Positions 29,994-39,136 of a DNA stretch of 64,000 nucleotides are shown here, in pieces. The notes under the pieces are model-generated. The model had not been told where the DNA came from, made no database searches, and worked only from the letters and a program-made list of their open reading frames with translations. The first letter of the stretch is position 1. Every line of letters begins with the position of its first letter. Position numbers and translations under genes: made by a program. Source of the DNA: Parcubacteria group bacterium (GTDB lineage Bacteria > Patescibacteriota > Minisyncoccia > Phycocordibacterales > Phycocordibacteraceae); contig JAQBRE010000002.1 in the NCBI GenBank assembly GCA_028286605.1, forward strand, positions 464,065 to 528,064. Reading direction: 5' to 3'.

Positions 29994-30130
29994 CTACTTC
30001 GCTTTTGAACCTGGATGCTTCGAATCGGGGTGTTTGCGTGCGAGCTTGATAGCAAGACGCTTCGCTGTCTTCTGCGGGTGCTTGCGTGGACGCTTCGGGC
30101 TCACTCCCTGCTTTTTCATTTTTGCCATAG
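29994..30130 (-). CDS. Possible small basic protein (45 aa, MAKMKKQGVSPKRPRKHPQKTAKRLAIKLARKHPDSKHPGSKAK)
   Basis: Translated by eye from minus strand; not in ORF track (<60 aa); no clear RBS. Confidence 0.25.
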
Positions 30131-30145
30131 TATTTTCATCTTACC

Positions 30146-30628
30146 CTAAAAACGCTTACTGTCCATTTTCGCAAGGATACGGTGGATTGTTTTCCAGGTA
30201 CGCGTCGTTATCTCCTTGCTGTGCTTCTTTTCCATTGCACCCATGAATTTGGTAGTTTCCTGCGTATTTAGATCAATCACCGTCGGCACTTCCGGCTTGC
30301 CATCCTTAAAAAAGGTAACGACGAGGTAGTTCGGCTTCTCATCCTTGATTCCTTTGAATGGATTTTTACTAACAAGAGCTTCCAGATCCTCTCGGCTTCG
30401 TACGATTGTGGTGCTCGTAAAGCCGAGTTGCGCAGGCAATGCCTTTTCAATCTTCGCCTCTAGTGCCGTTTTACTTTTAGAAGGCGAGTCGAAGACCACA
30501 TTGCCGCTAGCGATAACCGTGGCGACATTCTTAAATCCTAGCGATTCGAATACGCCTTTCAGTTTCTCGCCCTTCATATTCGAATTCATCGGCATGATGC
30601 CGCGCAACAGGGCTACGTATGTCGTCAT
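30146..30628 (-). CDS. DUF1697-family protein
   Basis: N-terminal MTTYVALLRGI... characteristic of DUF1697. Confidence 0.6.
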   Translation of the reverse strand: MTTYVALLRGIMPMNSNMKGEKLKGVFESLGFKNVATVIASGNVVFDSPSKSKTALEAKIEKALPAQLGFTSTTIVRSREDLEALVSKNPFKGIKDEKPNYLVVTFFKDGKPEVPTVIDLNTQETTKFMGAMEKKHSKEITTRTWKTIHRILAKMDSKRF

Positions 30629-30645
30629 GAATACACTCTATCAAA

Positions 30646-30702
30646 GAACCTGTTTGTATAAAAAGAAGCCGCAGGCGAGGGATGTATCCTCGTACCTGCG
30701 GC
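30646..30702 (-). repeat. Terminator-tail repeat family copy 1 (hairpin + TTCTTTTTATACAAACAGGTTC on minus strand)
   Basis: Shares GAACCTGYTTTGTATAAAARGAAGCCGC with 35583-35660 and 36159-36233. Confidence 0.6.
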
Positions 30703-30709
30703 AGCTGTT

Positions 30710-31582
30710 TTAGTAGAACGAATAGGAGAGCTTGCCGAAAAGTTTCGGCCCCGGTCTCGTCCAGTCCTTCTCAAGCCTGGGAACCGGATTGAGTCGCGCA
30801 TCCCGTTGAGGAAGATACTCGAACCGCGTATCTTCCTTGCTGTACTCGCTGTACGTGGCGCCTAGCGTGCCGACAACGAGGCCGTATAGGAGCCTGCTCA
30901 CGCCTGCTTCGGCATACCACACGTTCTTGTGAGGAACGGCGGTCTCCGAATTGACGTTGTGAACTGAAGTTAAGTTTAGATAGAACTTCGCATCGCTGAG
31001 AATGGGCCCGTTGATGCGAACGCCAGCCATATCCCAGAAGAGCGGATTGTTATGTCCCACCGGAACATCCTTCACCGCCCGAACATAAGGCATGACCTTC
31101 AGCGATCCTACGATTTTCACAGGATAGCCGAGCTGGCCGGTAACCTCGATGTAGTCGTCGCTCATGCCGGCATTGTGGCCCGTGTCGATGAATCGATAGT
31201 TGACGGAGCCCAGATATTCGAAGGTGCCGAGCCGCGTCTGGTCTGCGTTGTGATACGCGAGTTCCAGCTGCTCCTCGTTACCCAAGCCCAAGCGCCCGTA
31301 GCTGCGCCCCGAAGAGAGCATGTTCAGCGTGCGCCAGGTGCCGGTGAAGTGATCGTAAGTGTAGGAGATCGAGGTCTGCGCCACAGTCTTTTCCGGAGCG
31401 AGATCGATCCCATAATTCGGATCGAGATGGCCTTGGGAGAGGCCGATCTCGATCGTGCCGCCGTTACCGTTCGGCGAATTCAATTCTTCCGCATAGGCGG
31501 GAGCTGCGTAGAGAACGACAGCGACCAACACGGAACGTAAGAGAGTTATTCCATTCGTACGCATCGTAGTAAGCCTTTCCAC
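30710..31582 (-). CDS. Secreted protein with signal peptide, possible beta-barrel; ends in aromatic SYSFY
   Basis: Signal peptide LLRSVLVAVVLYAAPAYA; alternating amphipathic strands; assignment as OMP is tentative. Confidence 0.45.
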   Translation of the reverse strand: MERLTTMRTNGITLLRSVLVAVVLYAAPAYAEELNSPNGNGGTIEIGLSQGHLDPNYGIDLAPEKTVAQTSISYTYDHFTGTWRTLNMLSSGRSYGRLGLGNEEQLELAYHNADQTRLGTFEYLGSVNYRFIDTGHNAGMSDDYIEVTGQLGYPVKIVGSLKVMPYVRAVKDVPVGHNNPLFWDMAGVRINGPILSDAKFYLNLTSVHNVNSETAVPHKNVWYAEAGVSRLLYGLVVGTLGATYSEYSKEDTRFEYLPQRDARLNPVPRLEKDWTRPGPKLFGKLSYSFY

Positions 31583-31716
31583 TAACTAAGGAACGGGAGG
31601 GAATACCCTACCCACTGAAGGCAGGTATATAGTAAAAAATACTTTTGTCAAATTATGGGATGAGTACTTCCTATCTTCATGCAATATCCACGAGGAGGAG
31701 GTATCATCAGGCGTAT

Positions 31717-32376
31717 ATGACTACACGACGCTATATTCTCGCTTCGGGCGCAACTCTCGTATTCGTAGCGGTGCTTATGTATGCAGGTACCAGCCTTGCG
31801 CAAGTAAATAATGCTCCGTCTTGCTCGAGCACTATGCAGAACGTAAACGTGAATCAGACCGCGGTCTTCACTGCTTCAGGCGGCAACGGATCCTATGTGT
31901 GGTCTGCTAATAGCTTCAGCTCGATGGGTGATTCTTCAGGCTCGCAGTTTTTAGTAAGCTTCCCGTCATCCGGTACGAATACCGTTCAGGTACGAAGTAA
32001 CGGCCAGACAAGCACGTGCTCGATTACGGTTCTTCCTGCGACGAGCAGCGATTCGAATTTCGTTTCGAACAGTTCCTCATCCGGCACGCTTGAATGTCTT
32101 CCTAGCTCGCAAAGCGTTGCAGCAGGACAGACGGCCTCTCTCACTGCCACCGGCGGCAACGGTTCCTACTTCTGGAACATACCGGAGCTCTCGCTCAATA
32201 ACCCTACTGGTACCGGCTCATACGTAACGTATGTTACTCCGGGCACCCGTACCGTTACGGTAACGAGCGGAGGCGCTTCTGCGACGTGCTCCATAGATGT
32301 GATTGGCACCGCAGTTACGCCCGTGGTTACCGTGCCTGGCCTACCCAATACTGGTGGTGGCTATGGCAAGTGGTAG
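31717..32376 (+). CDS. Secreted tandem-domain protein ending in LPNTG motif (putative sortase substrate); start at ATG 31717 after GGAGGAGG
   Basis: Signal peptide; two ~90-aa internal repeats (ASGGNGSYVWSA...TCSITV / ATGGNGSYFWNI...TCSIDV); C-terminal VPGLPNTGGGYGKW. Confidence 0.6.
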   Translation: MTTRRYILASGATLVFVAVLMYAGTSLAQVNNAPSCSSTMQNVNVNQTAVFTASGGNGSYVWSANSFSSMGDSSGSQFLVSFPSSGTNTVQVRSNGQTSTCSITVLPATSSDSNFVSNSSSSGTLECLPSSQSVAAGQTASLTATGGNGSYFWNIPELSLNNPTGTGSYVTYVTPGTRTVTVTSGGASATCSIDVIGTAVTPVVTVPGLPNTGGGYGKW

Positions 32377-32379
32377 CGC

Positions 32380-33051
32380 ATGAATAAGGGACGCTCGCTT
32401 TCCTGGCAGGCAGCGCTCGTGCTTCCTCTTGCTGCAGGCTTTTTCGGTACCGCGATATCAATCGTGATAAGCGATAGCGTGCATGCCGTGATGAACGATG
32501 GCGCGAGCGCGCTGCAGAAGATAGCTACCACGACCGCAGCCTCCGTGCCTACGACGGTTTCTGTGCAGACTGATGACACTACCGCTGCTGGGAATCCTGT
32601 ACGTCTTATCATTCCCTCAATCGGCATTGATGCTGCGGTGCAATCGGTAGGTATTGCCGAAACGGGTACCGGAGATATCGGTACTCCAAATAATGCGACA
32701 GATGTCGCATGGTATAACCGCGGGCCGGTGCCCGGATCTCCTGGTATCGCTATTATCGACGGCCATCTTGATACCCATACCGTTCCTGAAGCGGTGTTCT
32801 ATCATCTTGGAGATCTCACCGAAGGGGAGAGCATCTATGTAACGGACCGAGCCGGCGTGCAGCAACGGTTCGTGGTTACGGGGCGACAGCAACTTGCCTA
32901 CGATGCAGACACCAGCATGCTTTTCGTACATTCTAATACGCCACAGATTGCCCTTATAACATGCGCGGGCGATTGGGTGCCGGATAAGCACGAGTATACC
33001 GATCGCGTCGTGGTATTCGCCACGCTCGCAAACGAGAGCGTGCATATCTAA
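32380..33051 (+). CDS. Sortase family transpeptidase
   Basis: N-terminal signal anchor; conserved His (IIDGHLD), TLxTC-type catalytic Cys (IALITCAGD), conserved Arg (RVVVFA). Confidence 0.8.
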   Translation: MNKGRSLSWQAALVLPLAAGFFGTAISIVISDSVHAVMNDGASALQKIATTTAASVPTTVSVQTDDTTAAGNPVRLIIPSIGIDAAVQSVGIAETGTGDIGTPNNATDVAWYNRGPVPGSPGIAIIDGHLDTHTVPEAVFYHLGDLTEGESIYVTDRAGVQQRFVVTGRQQLAYDADTSMLFVHSNTPQIALITCAGDWVPDKHEYTDRVVVFATLANESVHI

Positions 33052-33066
33052 AAACCTGAACGGCGT

Positions 33067-34533
33067 TTAACCCTTTGATGGTTGGTATCGTAGAAGAGTG
33101 AGCGTCATGCCAGCATACTGTGGTTTCAGCTCCGCCATGACAACGTTTGAGAATGGGTCGCTCTTGTAGAGCGCCGTCGTCATTAGTACGTACATCGGAC
33201 TCGTGGTGCTATAGCCATTCTGAATGAGAATAAAAGGATCCTTGTCTTTACTATAATATCTAATAGTGTCCCAGTCTGGATCATAGAAGGTAGCGATCGG
33301 AAGTGAGGGCTGCGTGCTGAGTATCGTACCAATGGTATGTTCTTCATATATCACTGCCTGCGGGCTACTGAAGTCAGATTGATAGTGAAACCCGACGTAT
33401 ATGCTGTTAGCAAACCCAAGTAGGACAATGACAATGAGTGAGGTCCAAAAGAATCGCTTATGAAGGATGGTCCTGCACTGCACGTACCAGCGTTCAAAGA
33501 GTAGAGCACTGATGATCGAGAAAAAGATAATACCTGGAAGTGCGTAATACGCGATCTTCGTTTGAGCTACCGCGAAGACTAGGAAGATGAAACAGACGCT
33601 CGCTACCAAAGCAGCCACCGTGCGATAGCGATTACCGAGGAATTTCTTGAAAAATAACGAGAGGATACTTGCAAGAAATAAGACACTCCACGGGAACGCA
33701 AAAAGAAATGTGTCCCGAACATAAACCCAATTGGATTGATAGCCGCCACCATTTACGTTTGAAACGAATCTCTGGAACACCTGATGAAAGAGGTAATCCT
33801 GCCAGAATATAAAACCGAACAAATACGTCTCATATACATGCCACGGCGCCAAAATAAGCAGCCCTATTGCTGCTCCGATCCAAAGGAATTTGCTTTTTAG
33901 CCAAGAAAAATCCTTATCGAATAAGGAAAAAATGATAATGGTTGAAATACCTAATGTGCCGATGATGCTTTTGAACATAATACCGACGGCCACTCCAGCC
34001 AGCACCCCCATGAGCCATCGCTTGTCCTTCTTTGCTCGCAGATAACAATAGAATGTGAAAAGAATTGCCATCATTACGCCAGATTCAATACGAAGCTGTC
34101 GTGCTGATTCGATGAAATCTCCGGTTCCTGCAAGGATAAAACCAGCAAGTATAGCTACGTAGGGACTTGCGGTCAGTTCAAACGCAATTGCCGTAACGAG
34201 CAGAATACTGATAAGACCCAGTACCGCAGCAGGGAGGCGGTAGGAGAGCTCTGGATCATGAAATACTTTGTCAGTCCCGAGCGCAAGCCAGAAATAGAGG
34301 GGAGGCTTGTTGAACCATGGCTGACCTTGGTCATAAAGCACGAAAAATGATGAGTGCTGGACGGTGCTTGCCAGCACCTCCGCATAGATAGCTTCGTCGT
34401 AGTCGGCAAATGGTGATTTCTGAAGATTCCAGAAGAGGAGGCAGGAGCTTGTTAGTAGTAGGGCACCAAGCAATACGAAAACAAGCTTGAAATTCGCTTG
34501 AGCAGCATTAATTAACGGCCCTTTAGGCGGCAT
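33067..34533 (-). CDS. GT-C family glycosyltransferase (ArnT/PMT-like, dolichyl/undecaprenyl-phosphate-sugar dependent)
   Basis: ~11 TM; first-loop DE motif FADYDEAIYAEV typical of GT39/GT83. Confidence 0.75.
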   Translation of the reverse strand: MPPKGPLINAAQANFKLVFVLLGALLLTSSCLLFWNLQKSPFADYDEAIYAEVLASTVQHSSFFVLYDQGQPWFNKPPLYFWLALGTDKVFHDPELSYRLPAAVLGLISILLVTAIAFELTASPYVAILAGFILAGTGDFIESARQLRIESGVMMAILFTFYCYLRAKKDKRWLMGVLAGVAVGIMFKSIIGTLGISTIIIFSLFDKDFSWLKSKFLWIGAAIGLLILAPWHVYETYLFGFIFWQDYLFHQVFQRFVSNVNGGGYQSNWVYVRDTFLFAFPWSVLFLASILSLFFKKFLGNRYRTVAALVASVCFIFLVFAVAQTKIAYYALPGIIFFSIISALLFERWYVQCRTILHKRFFWTSLIVIVLLGFANSIYVGFHYQSDFSSPQAVIYEEHTIGTILSTQPSLPIATFYDPDWDTIRYYSKDKDPFILIQNGYSTTSPMYVLMTTALYKSDPFSNVVMAELKPQYAGMTLTLLRYQPSKG

Positions 34534-34610
34534 ACATTCTATACGTAGCCAGATTGCAAAACGTTGCATCGTACACAGGAAGAGCCCAGAACATATTCGC
34601 GACAGAGTAT

Positions 34611-35036
34611 TTATGTAGCTGCAAATTCAACCATCCATTCGATGCCATATTTGTCTCTGAGCATGCCAAAATACGTACCCCATGCACCCTCACTCATTGG
34701 AACCTCAACTTCACCTCCTGCTGAAAGACCATCAAATATCGCGTCTGCTTCTTCCTTACTATCTGCGCTGACCGAAATCTTGCTTCGGTTTTCATTTTCA
34801 CTCACGGTACCCATAGACGAAGGCACATCATTAGCCATCAGTATGCTGTTCATACCAATCGGTAGCGAGATGAGTATGATTTTCTCTGCATCTGCGTCTG
34901 ATACGTGGGATCCTTGGCTCGCGAGATCCTTGAAACGAGTGATCTTCGTAAACTCACCACCGAATACTGATTTATAAAATGTAAACGCTTCTTCCGCATT
35001 GCCGTTGAAGTTGATCCAGGGATTTATTCTTGCCAT
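34611..35036 (-). CDS. VOC (glyoxalase/bleomycin-resistance fold) family protein
   Basis: PhnB-like pattern FYKSVFGGE...GAWGTYFGMLRDKYGIEWM. Confidence 0.65.
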   Translation of the reverse strand: MARINPWINFNGNAEEAFTFYKSVFGGEFTKITRFKDLASQGSHVSDADAEKIILISLPIGMNSILMANDVPSSMGTVSENENRSKISVSADSKEEADAIFDGLSAGGEVEVPMSEGAWGTYFGMLRDKYGIEWMVEFAAT

Positions 35037-35140
35037 ATTTGGTAATTATATCAGGAAGGCGAGTTGTCGTGCTCTATACTATTTAGCTCACCAAACTAAT
35101 AGTTATCAAAATCCCCGCACGTTTCCATGCGGGGTTTCTG

Positions 35141-35485
35141 TTATTTGAAGTTGAACAGACGTAACTTGAAACGCCTCGGCTTCCAGTCGTAATGAGCGTC
35201 TGCCCATCTTCTAGCCAGAGTGAGCAGCAAGATTCCTCCCAAACCCATAAAACCGGGAATCCGTTGGCTCGTGGGTTCTATAAGCATCATGCCTAAGCAC
35301 AACACTAATGCAGCCGCCATGCTGCCTAAGAATAGCAACAAGAATTTGTAAGGCCTTCGTGCGAATGGCGGAGGCTTCGAAGCTGGCAATGATCCAGACT
35401 TCGTGGTCGCATCATCAAGATGAACGACCTTGTCGCCATGGGAGCGAAAAAACCTCCCACGCTTTCTTACTTCAAGATAGGACAT
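35141..35485 (-). CDS. Hypothetical membrane protein
   Basis: ORF track; 2 hydrophobic helices. Confidence 0.35.
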   Translation of the reverse strand: MSYLEVRKRGRFFRSHGDKVVHLDDATTKSGSLPASKPPPFARRPYKFLLLFLGSMAAALVLCLGMMLIEPTSQRIPGFMGLGGILLLTLARRWADAHYDWKPRRFKLRLFNFK

Positions 35486-35582
35486 CGTGAATCGCTCCAA
35501 GTGACAATGGTTCCTCTTGTATCTCAACAAAACCTTCGATTAAAGTCAACACGACCCAGCTCGTCTAAGCATACTGGAAGAG

Positions 35583-35660
35583 GTTAGAACCTGTTTTGTA
35601 TAAAAGAAAGCCGCCCGGAGGAACGCGGCAAGGATATTCCTCCGGGTTCGCTTCGGGCGG
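35583..35660 (-). repeat. Terminator-tail repeat family copy 2
   Basis: hairpin ccgcccgaagcgaacccggagg/cctccgggcggc then TTTCTTTTATACAAAACAGGTTCTAAC (minus strand). Confidence 0.6.
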
Positions 35661-36068
35661 TCATGATGCCGTTTCGGGTTCCTGCTTGGGCACAGCGTAC
35701 ATATTCCAGTCATCGTCGAAACGGATCGACAGGTCAGTCTTCTGTTCGGGATATGCCCTGTGTACTGACCACTTAAGCATCTCGAACAGTATCGGTCTCA
35801 TTACATGCAGTTCGAAATGGTCGAAATCCACATATGGATTGATGCCGAACGGCTCGCCGCTAATCACATGCATTCGGTCGTGGCTCAGCACGACCTGACT
35901 ATAGAGCAACGCGATAGCCCGCTGCTCTTTGGTCGCTTTGCCGATCAGGATCTCGTCCGGCCTTCTCTTGAGCAGGAGTTGCGGCGGTGCAGCGGAGTTT
36001 TTGTGCGACAGTAGCTCCGAGAGGCTTTCATAAAGTCTCGCAGTGATTGCCAGAATATCCTCTTCCAA
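35661..36068 (-). CDS. Hypothetical protein (135 aa)
   Basis: ORF track; own terminator. Confidence 0.45.
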   Translation of the reverse strand: MEEDILAITARLYESLSELLSHKNSAAPPQLLLKRRPDEILIGKATKEQRAIALLYSQVVLSHDRMHVISGEPFGINPYVDFDHFELHVMRPILFEMLKWSVHRAYPEQKTDLSIRFDDDWNMYAVPKQEPETAS

Positions 36069-36158
36069 AGATCTCTCCTTTGTCTAGCCGATAGGCTTAG
36101 TTACTTTATTGAATATTTAATATGAATTGTCAAGTATTTGCTCCACTGGCTGGAGGAT

Positions 36159-36233
36159 GTTCGAACCTGCTTTGTATAAAAAGAAGCCGCCCGAAGAGCG
36201 GGGAGATTGCTCTCCGGTCGGCTCTTCGAGCGG
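36159..36233 (-). repeat. Terminator-tail repeat family copy 3
   Basis: hairpin ccgctcgaagagccgaccggagagc...gctcttcgggcggc then TTCTTTTTATACAAAGCAGGTTCGAAC (minus strand). Confidence 0.6.
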
Positions 36234-36461
36234 TTAGTTGAAATCGTTGATGAACTTCTCCATCTCTTCTGGCTTGCTTAGATGTCCGCCCATCATGAGC
36301 TGCATACCAAGCATAATTGCCGGATGGTTTTCAGTCGAAGAGTCGCTCCTGAGATCAGTCACCATCGAAGCATAGGCTCCAGGTATGTCGCCCGACTTCA
36401 GGACATCGAGTGCACGTACCTTGCACCATTCAAGATGATTTTGTTCTGCCATTTCAAACAC
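36234..36461 (-). CDS. Small hypothetical protein (75 aa)
   Basis: ORF track; own terminator copy. Confidence 0.4.
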   Translation of the reverse strand: MFEMAEQNHLEWCKVRALDVLKSGDIPGAYASMVTDLRSDSSTENHPAIMLGMQLMMGGHLSKPEEMEKFINDFN

Positions 36462-36561
36462 TCCATTTTGCTAAGAACAATTCTCAATGAGACCACGACC
36501 GAAATTATGGGCTCAATAGAGGGGAAGATATAAACCGTCTTCCCAAGTCGGTAGGCATAAT

Positions 36562-36930
36562 CTAGTGAAGGGTATCCTCATAGCTACGTTCACGGCGGAT
36601 ACGACGTAGCGTTGCCAGTTGCGCCACACTTTCGGGTGGAAGCCACTTGCCTTCGCGCCGTTGCCGCCGGAGGTAGTGCAGCTGTTCGTCATGGCAGAAA
36701 CTGCCGACAACGTTCACATGCTCGTCTTTAGTCTCGATTGCCCAATAGCAGGACGGACACCGGTGGTATCCGTCGTCGATGAGCATCTGAGTGGCTGCAT
36801 ACGCCGCGTTGAGCTTAGCGAGTCTTATCTTTGGGCTTGCGCTGCCCCAGCAATTGCTGACGCGCAGCACGTGCTTGTGGAAGCCTAGCAGAAGCGCGAC
36901 GGCGAAGTAGGCACGATAAAGCTTGTGCAT
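36562..36930 (-). CDS. Hypothetical Cys/His-containing basic protein (possible zinc-binding)
   Basis: HRCPSC...FCHDEQLH cluster; arginine-rich C-terminus. Confidence 0.4.
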   Translation of the reverse strand: MHKLYRAYFAVALLLGFHKHVLRVSNCWGSASPKIRLAKLNAAYAATQMLIDDGYHRCPSCYWAIETKDEHVNVVGSFCHDEQLHYLRRQRREGKWLPPESVAQLATLRRIRRERSYEDTLH

Positions 36931-37011
36931 GACGCACCTTTCTAAAACGGCAAAGAGCCTGTTGATTCAGGCTCTATAATAAACATATTTATACTACATT
37001 GTCAACTCGAG

Positions 37012-37083
37012 CTCCGCGGGTAGGATTCGAACCTACGACCAAGTCGTTAACAGCGACCTGCTCTACCACTGAGCTACCGCGGA
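37012..37083 (-). tRNA. tRNA-Asn (anticodon GTT), CCA not encoded
   Basis: Minus strand TCCGCGGTAGCTCAGTGGTAGAGCAGGTCGCTGTTAACGACTTGGTCGTAGGTTCGAATCCTACCCGCGGAG folds into cloverleaf: 7-bp acceptor, D-arm GCTC/GAGC, anticodon loop CTGTTAA, T-loop TTCGAAT. Confidence 0.9.
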
Positions 37084-37190
37084 ATAGTCGTATTCTAGCC
37101 GAAAAATCTGATTCGGCAATGGGGAATCTGGTGTTGACGCTTCGCCTGTTGGTGGGCTACGCTTCTGCTGGAGTTTGGAGAGTACAGGGG

Positions 37191-37586
37191 ATGAGTGATG
37201 CGCACCGGCTTGAAGGATATGAACGAACGAGAATTGAGGAACTGCATGCGTGGGTGGTCAGGCTCTATATGGTTGCCGTCGCGCCAGGTGGTGAATACAG
37301 CGTCGAGCATCAGAAGATTCTCGAACTGATATCACCTGAAATTTATCAGGATACGGAGGGGAAACGATTCCGTGTCCTTGGAATTGAGCGGGGTCGCACT
37401 GCAACGGGCCACACGGCATACTTCGTCCTGACCGCGTCAGCGGATACGAAGACGAAGAGGCCGAATGGCCGGCGACTGCTCGTTGGTACGGAGCACGGAG
37501 AGAAGTCCGGATGGTTCCAGTATCTGAGCATGCCGGACGGTTCGCAGCGCGAGCGATTTACCTTATGTGCAAAAGAAGCGCTCTAG
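37191..37586 (+). CDS. Hypothetical protein (131 aa); track ORF trimmed to ATG 37191 so it no longer overlaps the tRNA
   Basis: ACAGGGG RBS-like 5 nt upstream. Confidence 0.45.
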   Translation: MSDAHRLEGYERTRIEELHAWVVRLYMVAVAPGGEYSVEHQKILELISPEIYQDTEGKRFRVLGIERGRTATGHTAYFVLTASADTKTKRPNGRRLLVGTEHGEKSGWFQYLSMPDGSQRERFTLCAKEAL

Positions 37587-37667
37587 CGAGCCAGCCCCAC
37601 GGTCTTCATCGATCGTGGGGCTTTCGTTTGATACACTGAACCCATTACACGCTTACCTCATTCACCT

Positions 37668-37910
37668 ATGCTCACACTGTATGTTAAGACCGGCTGTCCG
37701 TATTGCGCGAAAGTACTCGCCGCAGGCGAGGAGCTCGGGATTGAATTTGATCTGAAGAATAGCAGTGACCCAGCAATGGTTGAAGAACTCATTGCACGCG
37801 GGGGTAAGCGGCAATTTCCGTATCTGGTTGATAGTGACAACAATACGGAGATGTATGAGTCGGACGATATCGTAGAATATCTGCACAAGCATTTTGGAAA
37901 AGAAGCGTAA
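37668..37910 (+). CDS. Glutaredoxin
   Basis: CPYC active site in MLTLYVKTGCPYCAKV; 80 aa thioredoxin fold. Confidence 0.85.
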   Translation: MLTLYVKTGCPYCAKVLAAGEELGIEFDLKNSSDPAMVEELIARGGKRQFPYLVDSDNNTEMYESDDIVEYLHKHFGKEA

Positions 37911-37920
37911 CAAAAAACAT

Positions 37921-38292
37921 ATGGAAATATACTTCAAGCTCATACATCAGGATGTGCCGAAGGACCTTCTGGCACGAACGGAGAAAAAGATCGCACGGCT
38001 TGATAAGCTCACCGGCGAAGGGAAGTTCGAGGCACAGGCCTATGTTGAAATAACGAAAGTCACCGGTTCGCAGCATTCTGAAGCGGCGTGGCGTGCAAGC
38101 ATCAATGTGGACGCCGCAGGCGATCGCTTCCATGCAGAGGCGTCGGAAGCGACGCCCGAGAGAGCAGCAGATCGTGCGGTACGGGAACTAGAAAGCGAGC
38201 TGCGAACGCATCATGCACGTGGGCGTAGCATTCATCGAAAGGAGAACGGGTTCTGGAAATCGCTTATGCAGAACGATTTCAGATCACCGTAG
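37921..38292 (+). CDS. hpf: Ribosome hibernation promoting factor / RaiA family (short form)
   Basis: MEIYFKLIHQDVPKDLLARTEKKIARLDKL...AYVEITKV...FHAEASEATPERAADRAVRELESEL. Confidence 0.8.
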   Translation: MEIYFKLIHQDVPKDLLARTEKKIARLDKLTGEGKFEAQAYVEITKVTGSQHSEAAWRASINVDAAGDRFHAEASEATPERAADRAVRELESELRTHHARGRSIHRKENGFWKSLMQNDFRSP

Positions 38293-39136
38293 CGCTGAAC
38301 TGGGCGTAGGGCATCGCACGCTTGCCTTCGGGAACGACTTCTTCGATAACGAAGGAGTCGTTTTCGTATGAGGCTTTCGTTATTTTCACGCGCATCTGCT
38401 TGTCGTTCCTCTGTACGAAAAAATAAAGGCCGGGCCAGCCTTCGTAAGCACAGTATTTAAGATAGTTCGCGCGGGCCGGGCCATTCGGGTCGATGAGTCC
38501 GTCTTCCTTCTCTGTCTTGCGCGTGTAGGTGGCAAGGTCGTGCTGCTGCGGGGTTGGCGTGATGGTGCCCGCGACCCATACGGGCATCGTGGCGGCCGCC
38601 ATGCGGCCGCCGGCGCGTGCCAGCACTTCTGAAAGTGCGCTTCGCATAATCGGCCATCCTGCAATCTCGATACGTTCCTGCGCGATGATCGGTCCGTGAT
38701 CCATTTCTGCATCCATCTGCATCAAGCTCACGCCAACGCCCTGTTCATCAGCAAGCAGCTGCGCTTCGATAGGTGCGGCACCGCGATACTTCGGCAGAAG
38801 CGAAGGGTGCACGTTCAGGCATCCGCCTGGCGTAAGCGTCAGGATGTTGTCGCGAAGGATCTTTCCATATGCCGCAACGAGCAACACGTCGCAGCCATAT
38901 TCTGCAAGTGATGCCACAAAGACGTCATCAAGCTTCTCGGGCTGCAATACCGGAATGCCGTGCGCTTCGCCCCATACCTTCACTTCGGGCTTCGTGAGCT
39001 GCATGCCGCGCCCTGCGGGCTTATCTGGTGCTGTAACGATGACGGCAGGCAGCATGCCTGCCGTCTCTAGTTCTTCCAATACCCACACCGCAACCATCGG
39101 CGTACCGAAGAACCCATAGCAAAGATCAGTCTTCAT
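38279..39136 (-). CDS. fmt: Methionyl-tRNA formyltransferase
   Basis: Formyl-transferase motif NVHPSLLPKYRGAAPI; overlapped 11 nt by upstream def. Confidence 0.9.
   Translation of the reverse strand: MKTDLCYGFFGTPMVAVWVLEELETAGMLPAVIVTAPDKPAGRGMQLTKPEVKVWGEAHGIPVLQPEKLDDVFVASLAEYGCDVLLVAAYGKILRDNILTLTPGGCLNVHPSLLPKYRGAAPIEAQLLADEQGVGVSLMQMDAEMDHGPIIAQERIEIAGWPIMRSALSEVLARAGGRMAAATMPVWVAGTITPTPQQHDLATYTRKTEKEDGLIDPNGPARANYLKYCAYEGWPGLYFFVQRNDKQMRVKITKASYENDSFVIEEVVPEGKRAMPYAQFSATVI

Noticed and set aside
30710-31582. Confident outer-membrane beta-barrel call, implying a diderm envelope
   Set aside because: It rests only on a signal peptide, an aromatic C-terminus and amphipathic strands. It conflicts with the sortase/LPXTG evidence for a monoderm-style envelope. 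It is kept at low confidence.
31717-33051. Single substrate-sortase fusion protein through read-through of TAG 32374-32376
   Set aside because: A fused product would place the charged residues before, not after, the hydrophobic helix, which is not a canonical sorting signal. The downstream ORF has a normal sortase signal-anchor N-terminus. The two are kept as separate genes, with the in-frame arrangement flagged as a finding.
36999-37190. N-terminal 64 codons of the 195-aa ORF
   Set aside because: This part overlaps tRNA-Asn on the opposite strand and lacks an RBS. The ORF was trimmed to ATG 37191, which has an upstream purine-rich RBS.
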